Positions 48,868 to 59,437 of a stretch of 64,000 nt of DNA are shown here, piece by piece. How positions within the stretch are numbered: position 1 is the first letter of the stretch; every line of letters starts with the position of its first letter. The notes under the pieces are model-generated. The model did not search any database. It saw nothing but the letters and a program-made list of their open reading frames with translations, and was not told the origin of the DNA. The position numbers were made by a program, and so were the translations under genes. Origin of the DNA: an uncultured Verrucomicrobiae bacterium. Its GTDB lineage: Bacteria; Verrucomicrobiota; Verrucomicrobiia; Limisphaerales; Palsa-1400. The stretch lies in assembly GCA_963764165.1 (NCBI GenBank), contig CAVXRD010000002.1, positions 2,720,001 to 2,784,000 of the forward strand, given 5' to 3'.

Positions 48868-50799
48868 ATGAGACTTATTAAAAACAAACTGGGACGGGTT
48901 GTAACTTTGACAACAATGGCGCTGGCGCTCGGGACAGGGGGGCGCGGGCTTGGGCAGCAACTTGGGGGCGTCATGTCCACCAATACGGTCAGCCAGGCGG
49001 TCGTGCTGCCGAAATCGGTGCCTGATCCGCTGGAGCCATTCAATCGTGCCATGTGGGCCTTGAACAAGGGCCTCATGGACTATGTCATTGATCCGACGGC
49101 GCGCGGCTACCGTTTGGTTGTCCGGAAGCCCATTCGCGAAGGCCTGGCCAATATCGGCACGAACCTCAATTATCCCGACCGCCTGGTGAACAACGCGCTG
49201 CAGGGCAAGTGGCGGGGAGTGCGGGACGAGTCCTACCGTTTTCTGGTAAACTCGACCGCGGGCGTGGCGGGCTTTTTCGACATTGCCAGCAAGAAGGGCA
49301 TTCCCCAATGGCCCGCGGACTTCGGGCAAACCTTCGGCCAGTGGGGCTGGAAGCCGAATTTTTATTTGATGCTGCCCCTCCTGGGGCCCAGCAATGACCG
49401 CGATGCGGTGGGCCTGGTGGGCGACGACTTCAGCAATCCGCTCTCCTACGTTTCGCCCTACAGCCTCACGGTGGAGATTCCGTTTACTTACACCACGCCC
49501 TACTCCCTGTTCATGTACGGTGTCACATATAATGATCTGTCGGACAGCGTCAATGCTCTGGCGCGATTCAGCAAATCCGAAATGGATCCCTACGCGGAAA
49601 TTCAATATGAGTGGACATTCGCCCGTGAGGATCGGGTGGCGAATTACCAGATCAAGGGCAAACAGGACGAAGCCTCACTCGAAACGCTGGAGTCGGTGTT
49701 CTTCACGTACAAGGATCCCGATTTTCCCAACAAGTCCAAAACCCGCTCTGTCGTGATTCCATCGACTGGCCGGCGGCTGCCATTTACCTACTGGCTGCAG
49801 CCGGCGCCGGCGCCGGTGGTTTACATTATCCCCGGGTTGGGCTCGCATCGCCTGGCCGAGGCCTCGATGGCGCTGGCGGAATTGGTTTTCAACCACGGAT
49901 TTACCGCCGTGTGCGTGAGCAGCCCGTTCAACGCGGAATTCATGGATCGCGCATCGACGGCGGCGGTGCCCGCCTATTTGCCGGTGGACGGCCACGATAT
50001 GCTGCTGGCTTTGACAGCGGTCGACAATCGCCTGGGCACGCTGTATCCCGGGCGCATGAAAGGGAAGGCGTTGATGGGTTACTCGATGGGCGCGTTTGAT
50101 TCCCTTTACATCGCGGCAACTGAAGCCAGTTCCTCGACGCCTTACGTGCAATTCGACCATTATGTCGCGGTAAACGCTCCCGTGCGCTTGCTCCATGGAG
50201 TCGAGATGCTGGATCAATACTATCGCGCTCCGCTGGAATGGTCGGACGCGGATCGGACCGACAATATCGAGAATGCGTTTCTGAAAGTGGCGGCGTTAAG
50301 CAAAAATAAGCTTATCCCGCGCACGACACTTCCGTTTGATGCGATTGAATCGAAGTTTCTGGTGGGGCTCACCTTTCGATTCACGCTGCGCGATGTCATT
50401 TACGCGAGCCAGCGGCGGCACAATCAGGGCGTTCTTCGCCATCCCATTTTGGCCTACCGCCGCGAGCCTGTTTACAACGAGATCATGCAATACTCGTATC
50501 AGGATTACTTCGAGAAATTTGTCCAGCCGTACTACATGGCTCGGGCGGAGAAGGTGACGGCCACAGAACTGGATAAAGCGGGAGACTTGCGCACCTATGA
50601 AACGGGTTTGCGCGGGAATAAGAAGGTCAGCCTGATAGTCAATCAAAACGATTTCCTGCTCGGCGATGGGGATTTGGAATGGTTCAAAGCAACCTTCCCC
50701 TCCACCCAATTGACGATTTTCCCGGAAGGCGGGCACCTTGGAAACCTCATCAATCCGAACGTTCAGAATACGATTATCGCTGCTTTGTCGGGGATGTAG
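48868..50799 (+). CDS. MlaA/VacJ domain fused to an alpha/beta hydrolase
   Basis: DPLEPFNR, DFGQTFGQWG, LPLLGPSNDRD; then GYSMG, NDFL, GGHLG. Confidence 0.85.
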   Translation: MRLIKNKLGRVVTLTTMALALGTGGRGLGQQLGGVMSTNTVSQAVVLPKSVPDPLEPFNRAMWALNKGLMDYVIDPTARGYRLVVRKPIREGLANIGTNLNYPDRLVNNALQGKWRGVRDESYRFLVNSTAGVAGFFDIASKKGIPQWPADFGQTFGQWGWKPNFYLMLPLLGPSNDRDAVGLVGDDFSNPLSYVSPYSLTVEIPFTYTTPYSLFMYGVTYNDLSDSVNALARFSKSEMDPYAEIQYEWTFAREDRVANYQIKGKQDEASLETLESVFFTYKDPDFPNKSKTRSVVIPSTGRRLPFTYWLQPAPAPVVYIIPGLGSHRLAEASMALAELVFNHGFTAVCVSSPFNAEFMDRASTAAVPAYLPVDGHDMLLALTAVDNRLGTLYPGRMKGKALMGYSMGAFDSLYIAATEASSSTPYVQFDHYVAVNAPVRLLHGVEMLDQYYRAPLEWSDADRTDNIENAFLKVAALSKNKLIPRTTLPFDAIESKFLVGLTFRFTLRDVIYASQRRHNQGVLRHPILAYRREPVYNEIMQYSYQDYFEKFVQPYYMARAEKVTATELDKAGDLRTYETGLRGNKKVSLIVNQNDFLLGDGDLEWFKATFPSTQLTIFPEGGHLGNLINPNVQNTIIAALSGM

Positions 50800-50854
50800 G
50801 AGCGATGACTCGAACGAAACCACGGTAGGGCGACGATGCCGATGAACTGTCTTG

Positions 50855-50966
50855 TGGAGGTAGGGACGCCTCGCCGAGGCGTCCCGGGCGAGGCGTCGTT
50901 GAACGGTGCGGCCCACAAAAGCTCTCACGCGCAACCGGACGCCTCGGCGAGGCGTCCCTACCTCCA
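50855..50966. repeat. GTAG-family REP doublet
   Basis: tggaggtagggacgcctcgccgaggcgtcc ... ggacgcctcggcgaggcgtccctacctcca. Confidence 0.9.
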
Positions 50967-51114
50967 AAGGCGAAATTTGTTCGTCGGAACTTCTCACCGA
51001 TTCGTTGGTTGGGGCCTCCGGCCCAGCGGTTCCCATTTATTCCCATATCTCGCATGAGAATGGGAGTAATGGGACTGATAGGAATAATGGGAACGGCTCG
51101 GCAGCCTAGCCCTC

Positions 51115-53475
51115 TTACCGAGCGCCACTCTTATTCCACCGAACGGTGGCGGAATTGAGCTGGCTTGAATCCGGGCCGATGCGGATGATGTATTCGCCGG
51201 GCTCCCAATCGTAGACAAGCTCGCTGTTGTAAAATTTCAAATCCTCGGCCGTGATTTGGAATTGCACCTCGCGTTTTTCTCCAGGCTTCAGCGTGATCTT
51301 TTGGAACCCGCGCAAGTCTTCAACGCTGCGGGTGATGCTGGCCACCGGGTCGGTGATGTAAAGCTGCACTGTCTCTTCGCCTTCACGCGGGCCGGTGTTG
51401 CGCACCTCCACGCTGGCCGTCAGCGTCTCGCCCGCATTCAGCGTCTTGTGGCTGAGCTTGACGGTGCTGTAGGCGAAGGACGTGTAAGTGAGTCCATAGC
51501 CGAACGGATAAAGCGGCGTGTTCGCCACATCCAAATAACGGGAAACATATTTGACACGAGCGTTGCCATGGTAAGGGCGCCCGGTGTTTTTATGGTCGTA
51601 ATAAAGCGGTATCTGCCCGATATCCCGCGGATATGTGGTGGTCAAACGGCCAGACGGATTGCAGTCGCCGAATAAAACGTCGGCAATTGCGTGCCCAGCT
51701 TCGAGCCCGCCAAACCATGCTTCCAAAATCGCCGTGCAATGAGTCGATTCCCAGCCCAACGTCATTGGCCTTCCGTTCATCAGCACCAGTACGATGGGTT
51801 TGCCGGTTTTTTCCAGCGCTTTGAGCAGCGCCAATTGGCTTTGCGGCAATCCAATTTCGCTGCGGCTCGCCGCTTCGCCAGACATGGCGAAAGATTCGCC
51901 CATGACCGCGACGACCACTTCGGCTTGGCTGGCCACGGAAACGGCCTCATCAATGAGTGAGGCGGCAGGGCGCGGATCGCGGACGATGGCGGCGCCGGAA
52001 GCATTCAGCGTCTCGAGCAGCTCCGCGTCGTCCAGAAGATTTGCGCCGCGCGCCGATAGAACTTTCAGGTCTGGCCCGGCGGACTCCTTGAGCGCATCAA
52101 GCACGTTGACGGCTAGCTTCCAATTTCCCGCCGCGCTCCACGAACCAAGCAAATCGCGGCGGCTGTCCGCCAGCGGCCCAATGAGCGCGATGGTGCCCGA
52201 CTTTTTCAGCGGCAGAACGTTTTGCTCATTCTTCAAAAGGACAAATGAGCGTTGCGCCGCCTCGCGGGCAAGCGCGCGATTCTGCGGCGTGAGAATTTCA
52301 CGCTCCGCCCGCTCGGGAGTGCAGCCGCGATACGGATCGGTGAACAGGCCGAGCTTGAATTTTGCCTCCAGAACGCGGCGGCAGGCAGTGTCAATCAAAT
52401 CCTCGCCAATCTCCTTTTCCGAAACGAGTTTCTTCAGGTATTTGATGTAGGCCTCGCTGACCATGTCCATGTCCAGGCCCGCCTTCAACGCGATTGCGGA
52501 GCAGCGTTCGGAGGAGCCGAGGCCGTGCTCGGTCATTTCATTTATGGCCGTGTAGTCGCTGACCACAAAACCTTGAAATCCCCATTGCTTGCGCAGCAAG
52601 TCTGTCAGCAGCCAATGATTGCCGGTGGCGGGGACGCTGTCGACTTCGTTGAACGAGGCCATGACGGTGGCGGCGCCCGCTTCGACCGCCGCTTTGTAAG
52701 GCGGGAAATAAAACTGATACATGGTGATGCGGCTCATGTCGGCCGGATTGTAATCGCGCCCCGCTTCCACCGCGCCGTAGAGCGCAAAATGTTTGACACA
52801 GGCGAGGATAGCGTCCGGGCGCGTCAAATCGTCGCCTTGGTAGCCGCGCACCATCGCCTTGGCGATGAGCGAACCGAGATATGGATCCTCGCCCGCGCCT
52901 TCCGCAATCCGGCCCCAGCGCGGGTCGCGCGCAATATCGACCATCGGCGAAAACGTCCAATTCACGCCGTCCGCGCTCGCTTCAATGGCGGCGACGCGGG
53001 CGCACTTTTCGATCAACTCCGGACTCCATGTGCAGGATAATGCGAGCGGAATCGGGAAAGTCGTCTTATGCCCGTGGATGACGTCGTAGCCGAACAGCAG
53101 CGGAATGCGCAGGCGCGTGTGGGTGATGGCGAGGTCTTGCAATTTCCTAGTCGCGCTCGGCGTATAAAGATTGAAAACGCCGCCCGCCATTCCTTTGCGG
53201 ACGGATTCCTCCACGTTTTTGCTCGGCGCGGGGCCGGTGACGTCAAAGCCGGTGGCCAGCAGATTGAGTTGTCCGATTTTTTCCTCGAGCGTCATTTTGG
53301 CCATCAGGTCGGCGACGAATGAATCCATGTTCGTTGCGGCCGAGTTTGGCCGGCCTTGTGCGGTGGCAGGCAATGGGAAGAATGCCACGCACGCGAGCAA
53401 CAGCGGACCTGCGGCGGAAGCGGTTCCCGGCCATTTGAACGGATTAATCGTAATCAGCAAATCCATGATTCCCAT
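51115..53475 (-). CDS. bglX: GH3 beta-glucosidase
   Basis: RDPRWGR, KHFALYG, VSDY, SGEAASRS, FnIII-like C-terminus. Confidence 0.95.
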   Translation of the reverse strand: MGIMDLLITINPFKWPGTASAAGPLLLACVAFFPLPATAQGRPNSAATNMDSFVADLMAKMTLEEKIGQLNLLATGFDVTGPAPSKNVEESVRKGMAGGVFNLYTPSATRKLQDLAITHTRLRIPLLFGYDVIHGHKTTFPIPLALSCTWSPELIEKCARVAAIEASADGVNWTFSPMVDIARDPRWGRIAEGAGEDPYLGSLIAKAMVRGYQGDDLTRPDAILACVKHFALYGAVEAGRDYNPADMSRITMYQFYFPPYKAAVEAGAATVMASFNEVDSVPATGNHWLLTDLLRKQWGFQGFVVSDYTAINEMTEHGLGSSERCSAIALKAGLDMDMVSEAYIKYLKKLVSEKEIGEDLIDTACRRVLEAKFKLGLFTDPYRGCTPERAEREILTPQNRALAREAAQRSFVLLKNEQNVLPLKKSGTIALIGPLADSRRDLLGSWSAAGNWKLAVNVLDALKESAGPDLKVLSARGANLLDDAELLETLNASGAAIVRDPRPAASLIDEAVSVASQAEVVVAVMGESFAMSGEAASRSEIGLPQSQLALLKALEKTGKPIVLVLMNGRPMTLGWESTHCTAILEAWFGGLEAGHAIADVLFGDCNPSGRLTTTYPRDIGQIPLYYDHKNTGRPYHGNARVKYVSRYLDVANTPLYPFGYGLTYTSFAYSTVKLSHKTLNAGETLTASVEVRNTGPREGEETVQLYITDPVASITRSVEDLRGFQKITLKPGEKREVQFQITAEDLKFYNSELVYDWEPGEYIIRIGPDSSQLNSATVRWNKSGAR

Positions 53476-53544
53476 AAAATGCCAAAACCTAAGTGCCTGT
53501 TTGCCGTTTGTCTAGGTAGGTAGTTTGGGGCGGGTGGGCTAGTT

Positions 53545-53571
53545 GCGAGAGGCGCGGGCGGGCCGTACGTT
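53545..53571 (+). promoter_or_regulatory. Putative ECF-type promoter; motif shared with 17080-17106
   Basis: GCGA-N19-CGTT with identical 15-mer ggcgggccgtacgtt. Confidence 0.45.
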
Positions 53572-53599
53572 ATAGGTATCCCGAGCAACAGGAGACAAT

Positions 53600-54223
53600 A
53601 TGAAATCGAATTTTCCAATGCTCAGAACAATTGCGGCTCTGGCGGCTGGGGCTGTTTGCGTGGGCTCTCCAATCGGAGTTTCCGCCCAGACAGCTCCGAA
53701 CGCCGTCCCGCCGCTGGCGGCGCCGCCAGCCACGGCAACGACCCTGCCTTACGGCGCCGTGCAGGCAGTCAAAATGTATCAGACCGGCACAAACAAAGCC
53801 GAGGTGATCCGGTTTATTGATGATACCGCTGTTCCCTATCATTTGACCGCCGATCAAATCCTCTGCATGCACAATCAGGGCGTCCCCGAGGATATTATTG
53901 ATGCTTTAATGACGCGCGGCTCCCAATTGGAGCAGCAGAAGGAAGTGCCGCCGCCGGTCGTCGTGGTGAGCAGTGACTCAGGCGGGCCGGCCTACTTCCC
54001 GTATGACGACTATTATGCCGACGTGTGGCCTTATTACTATGGCGCGCCGGTTGTATGGGGTGGTTACGGGTACGGGTATTACGGCGATCATTGGGGTTAC
54101 CGTGGGTTCCACCGGGGCTATGAGTCTCACGGCGGATTCGAAGCCGCACACGCTCGATCAGAACACGCTGGATTTCACGGTGGTGGCTTCGGAGGCGGAC
54201 ATGGCGGAGGCGGACGCAGGTGA
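53600..54223 (+). CDS. Secreted hypothetical protein with Tyr/Gly/His-rich tail
   Basis: aggag RBS, signal peptide, YHLTADQI..QGVPEDIIDAL domain. Confidence 0.75.
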   Translation: MKSNFPMLRTIAALAAGAVCVGSPIGVSAQTAPNAVPPLAAPPATATTLPYGAVQAVKMYQTGTNKAEVIRFIDDTAVPYHLTADQILCMHNQGVPEDIIDALMTRGSQLEQQKEVPPPVVVVSSDSGGPAYFPYDDYYADVWPYYYGAPVVWGGYGYGYYGDHWGYRGFHRGYESHGGFEAAHARSEHAGFHGGGFGGGHGGGGRR

Positions 54224-54255
54224 CGATCGTGCCGTGACGCCGGGGGGAAAATAGA

Positions 54256-54289
54256 AACCGCCCCGCGCCGAAAAAGGCACGGGGCGGTT
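54256..54289 (-). terminator. Intrinsic terminator between convergent genes
   Basis: 14-bp stem aaccgccccgYgcc with a T-rich tail on the minus strand. Confidence 0.7.
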
Positions 54290-54307
54290 ATCTGTCAAGT
54301 CACTCCA

Positions 54308-56269
54308 TCACGAACCCACACTGACCAATTCTTCATTGGTCGCCACGTTCACAATTTTGAATTGCTCGGCGTGGAAGGTTGGCTCGGGGCGGAAGGAGAG
54401 CTTTCCGAAATAGCGCTTTTCCATTTCGATGATGATCTTCTCGTCCTCGGTGCGCAGGCGCTCCAGGACCGTCGGATGCACGGCGATGCGCAGTTGGAAG
54501 TCGGAGTCGTCACGCGGGCGTTTCTTGAGGATTTCGTTGAGCTTGCGCTGGATTTCCACGCTCATCGTGATCGAACTCTTCACTTTGCCGCGGCCTTTGC
54601 AATACGGGCAATCGTCGTAGACAGCGGAGCGCACGCTTTCGGAATGGCGCTGGCGGGTCATTTCCATCAGGCCGAGTTGCGAGATGGGAAGCACATGAGT
54701 TTTCGCCTTGTCGCGGCGGAGGCCTTCCTTGATGCGTTGGTAAACGGCTTGCTGGTCGCGGCGATGCTTCATGTCGATGAAGTCCAGCACGATTAATCCG
54801 CCCATGTTGCGCAAGCGAAGTTGGCGGCAAATTTCTTCCGCGGCTTCAAGGTTCACTTTCACGATGGTCGAGTCGTGGTCGCGTCCGCCTTTGTGTCGGC
54901 CGGTGTTCACGTCGATGGCGACGAGCGCTTCGGTTTCGTCGATGACGATGTAGCCGCCGCTCTTCAAATGCACCTGGCGCGAGAAGGCGTTCTCCAATTG
55001 GCGCGACACGTTGAAACGGTCGAAGATCGGCTGGTGTTCGTTGTAATATATAATTTTCTTGGCGGCGCGCGGATTTATGCGCGAAATCATCGTGCGCATC
55101 CGGTCGAACGCAGGCTGGCTGTCGACGACCACGCGGGAGACATCCTCGGTGAGGAAATCGCGCACGGTGCGCTCGATCAAATCCGGCTCCTGGAACACGC
55201 AGGTCGGGGCGGGCTTCGTTTTGATCCGCTCCTGAATCTCATTCCATTGTTCGAGAAGGATCGCGAGGTCGAGCACGAAGTAGCGTTTCTGCTGCCCTTC
55301 GCCGGCGGTGCGCATGATGACACCCATGCCCTCCGGCAGATTCATTTCGCGCAGGATTTTTTTGAGGCGCTGGCGCTCCTCCTGGTTTTCAATCTTGCGG
55401 GAAATGCCGCTCTGGTCGGAATTCGGCAGCAGCACGAGAAAGCGTCCGGGTAGCACGACGTTTGTCGTCACGCGCGGGCCCTTGGTGCCGATGGGGCCCT
55501 TTGTCACCTGCACGATGATTTCGCTGCCGGGGGGATAGAGGCGCGGGACGTCCTTTTGCGTGATGCGCGGGCGGTCGCGGCGTCGGTTGGCATCGCCGCG
55601 GTCGACGACTTCCACGCCGCTGTCAAAACTATTGGGAATGATGTCCCAATAGTGCAGGAAGGAATTCTTTTCAAAGCCGATGTCCACGAACGCGGCCTTC
55701 AAGTCATCCTGCAAATTGCGGACTTTGCCCTTGAAGATGCTGCCGACGAGGCGTTCCTCGGTGTTGCGCTCGATGGTGAATTCCTCAAGGCGCCCTTCTT
55801 CCTGCTGCGCGATGCGCGTCTCCAGGGACTCGGCGTTGATGATGATTTCCTTGTGGCTCTTTTCTTTCGGCTTCTGCATGAACAGAACTTTTTTCACCAC
55901 TTTCTTGACGCGCTCAACAAAGGTTGGAGGCTCCATTTTGACCGGCACCGGCTCGAACTTTTCCTCGGCCACTTCGGCCGGCGTTTCGAGATTCGGCTTG
56001 CGGAAAGAGCGATGCTTGTGCTGCGGCGCGTTTTCCTCGGCTTCAGCGGGGGCGCCCTCCGGGGGAAGCCCGGCGGCGATGTTCTCGGAGCGGGCGATTT
56101 CCTCGTCGTGTTTCGTGCGCTCAAAAACCTCCTCCGGTTTTTTGTCACCCACCGCCTGGGCACGGGCCTCGGTCGCGCCGCGGTCGGGCTTTTGATTTGG
56201 GTTGAAGCCACCGGGCGGGCGAAAGCGCATGGGGCCGCGCCGGCGGCGCGAAAAATTTCTGTCACTCAT
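54308..56269 (-). CDS. rng: Rne/Rng family ribonuclease
   Basis: AAFVDIG, KGPRVT, TEALVAIDVNTG, LDFIDM, CPYC. Confidence 0.93.
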   Translation of the reverse strand: MSDRNFSRRRRGPMRFRPPGGFNPNQKPDRGATEARAQAVGDKKPEEVFERTKHDEEIARSENIAAGLPPEGAPAEAEENAPQHKHRSFRKPNLETPAEVAEEKFEPVPVKMEPPTFVERVKKVVKKVLFMQKPKEKSHKEIIINAESLETRIAQQEEGRLEEFTIERNTEERLVGSIFKGKVRNLQDDLKAAFVDIGFEKNSFLHYWDIIPNSFDSGVEVVDRGDANRRRDRPRITQKDVPRLYPPGSEIIVQVTKGPIGTKGPRVTTNVVLPGRFLVLLPNSDQSGISRKIENQEERQRLKKILREMNLPEGMGVIMRTAGEGQQKRYFVLDLAILLEQWNEIQERIKTKPAPTCVFQEPDLIERTVRDFLTEDVSRVVVDSQPAFDRMRTMISRINPRAAKKIIYYNEHQPIFDRFNVSRQLENAFSRQVHLKSGGYIVIDETEALVAIDVNTGRHKGGRDHDSTIVKVNLEAAEEICRQLRLRNMGGLIVLDFIDMKHRRDQQAVYQRIKEGLRRDKAKTHVLPISQLGLMEMTRQRHSESVRSAVYDDCPYCKGRGKVKSSITMSVEIQRKLNEILKKRPRDDSDFQLRIAVHPTVLERLRTEDEKIIIEMEKRYFGKLSFRPEPTFHAEQFKIVNVATNEELVSVGS

Positions 56270-56272
56270 AAT

Positions 56273-57403
56273 TTAATGATACCTTCGATAAATGTGCACA
56301 TTATGCAAAATGCCAATGGCGATCAGCGAGCATATAACCGATGACCCTCCATAACTCAGGAGCGGCAGCGGAATGCCCGCCACGGGCATGATGCGAATAT
56401 TCATTCCAATGTTGATGAAAACGTGGCTGAACAAAAGTGTCGCCACGCCGACTGCCATAAGTTGTCCGAGGCGGTCGCGCGCCTGGCCGGCAATCTTGAT
56501 CCCGCTGAACAGGAGCACAGTGTAAAGCGCCAGGATCGCGACGCTTCCAACAAAGCCTTCCTCCTCGGCGATGACCGAGAAGATGAAATCATTGTGTGCT
56601 CCAAACGTTGGCAGGAACCCGAGCGAATGATGCGTGCCCTGGGTCCAGCCTTTTCCTGTCAATCCCCCGGAACCGACGGAGATCAGAGCCTGATCGACGT
56701 GATAACTAACGTCTTTCTTGCCGCGCCCGAAATAGCTCAAGACGCGGTCGCTCTGATACGATTTCCCGATCTTGAATTTGTCCGGCGCATACAGAATCAA
56801 TACCACCGCCAAGATCGCCAATATTCCCACTCCCCCCACCAGGCTGCCCAACAATCGGTTGGGCACTCCGGCCACAAACATCATGGCCAGGCTGATGGCG
56901 AGAAAAACCAGCGCCGAACCCAGGTCCGGCTCCTTATATACCAGCAGAAACGGCAGCAGCGTGTAACCCAGGGCTCGGAAGAACACTTTGAGCTGCCGCA
57001 ATTCCTCTTTTGGACGGCTCAAGTAATGCGCCATCCACAAAATGAAAGCCACCTTGCCAAATTCCGATGGCTGCAAACTGAACATTTTCAAGTCAATCCA
57101 CCGTTTGGCCCCATTGTGAAGCGTGCCGAAGATCAGGATGCCCACCAGCAAAATGATCGCGCTCCAGTAAAAAACCGCCGACCAACGCGCCAGCGTTCCG
57201 TACTCAAAATAGCAAACCGCCACCGCCGCGCCCGCGCCCAAGGCATACCAAATGAGCTGCCGCCAATAAATTTCGTGCATGGCTGGCTGGCTCATGGTGG
57301 CGCTGTAAATGAAACAAGGCCCAACGACCATCAGGCCGAGCACGGCAGCCAGCATTGGCCAGTCGTACTCCCCTTTTCGTTCGTTGAGTGCTGCTTCGTA
57401 CAT
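56273..57403 (-). CDS. rodA: Rod shape-determining protein RodA
   Basis: GAKRWI, QPSEFGK, EPDLGS, HNDFIFS, PLPLLSYGGSS. Confidence 0.94.
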   Translation of the reverse strand: MYEAALNERKGEYDWPMLAAVLGLMVVGPCFIYSATMSQPAMHEIYWRQLIWYALGAGAAVAVCYFEYGTLARWSAVFYWSAIILLVGILIFGTLHNGAKRWIDLKMFSLQPSEFGKVAFILWMAHYLSRPKEELRQLKVFFRALGYTLLPFLLVYKEPDLGSALVFLAISLAMMFVAGVPNRLLGSLVGGVGILAILAVVLILYAPDKFKIGKSYQSDRVLSYFGRGKKDVSYHVDQALISVGSGGLTGKGWTQGTHHSLGFLPTFGAHNDFIFSVIAEEEGFVGSVAILALYTVLLFSGIKIAGQARDRLGQLMAVGVATLLFSHVFINIGMNIRIMPVAGIPLPLLSYGGSSVICSLIAIGILHNVHIYRRYH

Positions 57404-57411
57404 GCTTGATC

Positions 57412-59436
57412 TCAGTTTTTGGCAAAACTCCTCGAGCGAAGCTTGCTGTCGCGTTCCAGCCTGTAAATCGTATCGTATATCTGCGCAGCCACGGGCGCGC
57501 AGGTCGTTCCGCCAAAATCTCCGTCCTCCACCATCACCACGACGACGTAGCGCGGATCTTCGAACGGCGCGTAGCTGGCAACCCACGTCACCCGCTTGAA
57601 CGCGCTGCCGGGCGATTTCACTTCAGCCGTGCCGGTTTTGGCCGCGACGTGGAAATTGCCGATGGTTGACAAGTGTTTGTCCTTGTCATGAAACGCCGGA
57701 TAAGCCGTCCCTGCGCCCATGCCGTCAAGGTTTTGGTGTTCGGTATCTTCCAGCATCGCGCCGCGGATCAATTTCAAATGCTGGGGATTGATTTGGATGT
57801 GGTCCCGAACGCGGCCTTTTGCAAAGATTTGCTCCGTTTCACCGGTGTCAGGCGAACGGCTGAGGCTGACAACCCGCGGCCAATACAGAGTTCCGCCGTT
57901 GGCAATGACGGAAATCATCCCGGCGACTTGCAGGGGGGTGGTGGTAATTTCCTGGCCGATGCAAATATCGGCCGGGCTCATCCCAAGATTCGGCCCCACT
58001 TTTTCAGGGCCGGGAATGTAGCCGGAAGCTTCTTGGGTTTTCGAAACAGCTGTCTTTTCCCCAAGATGAAAACGTTTGGCCACCTCCAAAATTTTGCGAA
58101 TGTGATCAATGCCTTCGGCAATGAAATAGGTGTTGCTGGAGCGGTAAAACGCGCGCACGAAATCGTAGGGCCCCGCCGAAGCTTCGTCTTTAATAACGTG
58201 ACCGCCGCGCTCGTTGGGAGGCCTCCACTCACCCGGGCTGTTATAAATCGCCGTGGGGTCGAGGCCCGATTCCAAACAAGCAAAGCCGGTGATGATTTTG
58301 AAAATGGAGCCGGGCGGATAAAAACCGCTCATGGCGCGATTGAACTGCGGTTTGAATTTGGGATCGGCCAGCGCCGCGCTTTCCGCCGCGGTTCGATGCT
58401 CTTTGACGTAAAGATTCGGATCGAAGCTTGGGGCGGAGGCTATCGCCAGAATGTCGCCGTTTCGAGGATCCATCACGATGACCGCGCCGCGGACGATTCC
58501 GTTGCTGTCGCGAATGCGCGGCGCCCTGGCCAGAGCCGCCTCCGCCACGCGCTGGATATTGGCATCGATTGTCAAATATATATCTTTTCCCGGCAGGTTC
58601 GGAGTGTCGATTTCCTCGCGCTGGCGGTAATTCATGTTGTTGATGAGAACGGACTTGTCGCCCGGCTGGCCGCACAGCAAATCATCGTATGCGATTTCAA
58701 TCCCGCTTTTTCCCTCGAAATCAGGCATGTCAAATGAATACCTGCTGTCTTCTTCCGGGTCGCGGCGCAAAACGTAGCCAATTAGATTCGCCGCCAAAGG
58801 ATTCCCCGTCAGGCGATCCTTTGGGTAATGGCGAACAGGGTCTGTTTCGACGTCGATGGCTGGCTGGCCGGTCCATTGCTCGGCGAGCACGGCGACTTGA
58901 GCCGGCTTCAAATCGGGCACAATGGGAAATGGCACATAAGGATAACTCTCGTAATGACGCCTGAAAACCGACGCGTTGAGGAGCCGCGGCTCGCCCAGCG
59001 ACGCGCTGATGCGATAGACGTAATTGCTGACCACCGCGCAATCGGCAATCGTCTGAATCTGCTCGCGGATTTTCTTTGGCATCGACAGCTTGCCTTTTGA
59101 GTTCGTCATCTCCGGATGCATCTTCATGAATGCCTTGCGCATGCGGTCCGATGTGTCGCGGAACTGACCCTGCAAATCTTCGAGGTAAAGCACCGCGGTG
59201 TGGCGTGGCTCTTCGCCGGCAAGGACAACGCCGTTGCGATCCAAAATGGCGCCGCGGATGGCGGGCGTGCGAACGTGCCGGAACGATTGTTTATCGAGAT
59301 CGCTTTGGAATCGGTTCGAAAAAACCACTTGGACAAACCACAATCCGCCGAGAAGAACAACCATGCCCAAGACCATGATGGCGCCCACAATTCGCAGCCG
59401 CCCGCCGTCATCCTTGAATATGTCAAATACAAACAT
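57412..59436 (-). CDS. mrdA: Penicillin-binding protein 2
   Basis: RGAILDRNG, PGSIFK, SSN, KTGTAE. Confidence 0.93.
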   Translation of the reverse strand: MFVFDIFKDDGGRLRIVGAIMVLGMVVLLGGLWFVQVVFSNRFQSDLDKQSFRHVRTPAIRGAILDRNGVVLAGEEPRHTAVLYLEDLQGQFRDTSDRMRKAFMKMHPEMTNSKGKLSMPKKIREQIQTIADCAVVSNYVYRISASLGEPRLLNASVFRRHYESYPYVPFPIVPDLKPAQVAVLAEQWTGQPAIDVETDPVRHYPKDRLTGNPLAANLIGYVLRRDPEEDSRYSFDMPDFEGKSGIEIAYDDLLCGQPGDKSVLINNMNYRQREEIDTPNLPGKDIYLTIDANIQRVAEAALARAPRIRDSNGIVRGAVIVMDPRNGDILAIASAPSFDPNLYVKEHRTAAESAALADPKFKPQFNRAMSGFYPPGSIFKIITGFACLESGLDPTAIYNSPGEWRPPNERGGHVIKDEASAGPYDFVRAFYRSSNTYFIAEGIDHIRKILEVAKRFHLGEKTAVSKTQEASGYIPGPEKVGPNLGMSPADICIGQEITTTPLQVAGMISVIANGGTLYWPRVVSLSRSPDTGETEQIFAKGRVRDHIQINPQHLKLIRGAMLEDTEHQNLDGMGAGTAYPAFHDKDKHLSTIGNFHVAAKTGTAEVKSPGSAFKRVTWVASYAPFEDPRYVVVVMVEDGDFGGTTCAPVAAQIYDTIYRLERDSKLRSRSFAKN

Positions 59437-59437
59437 T

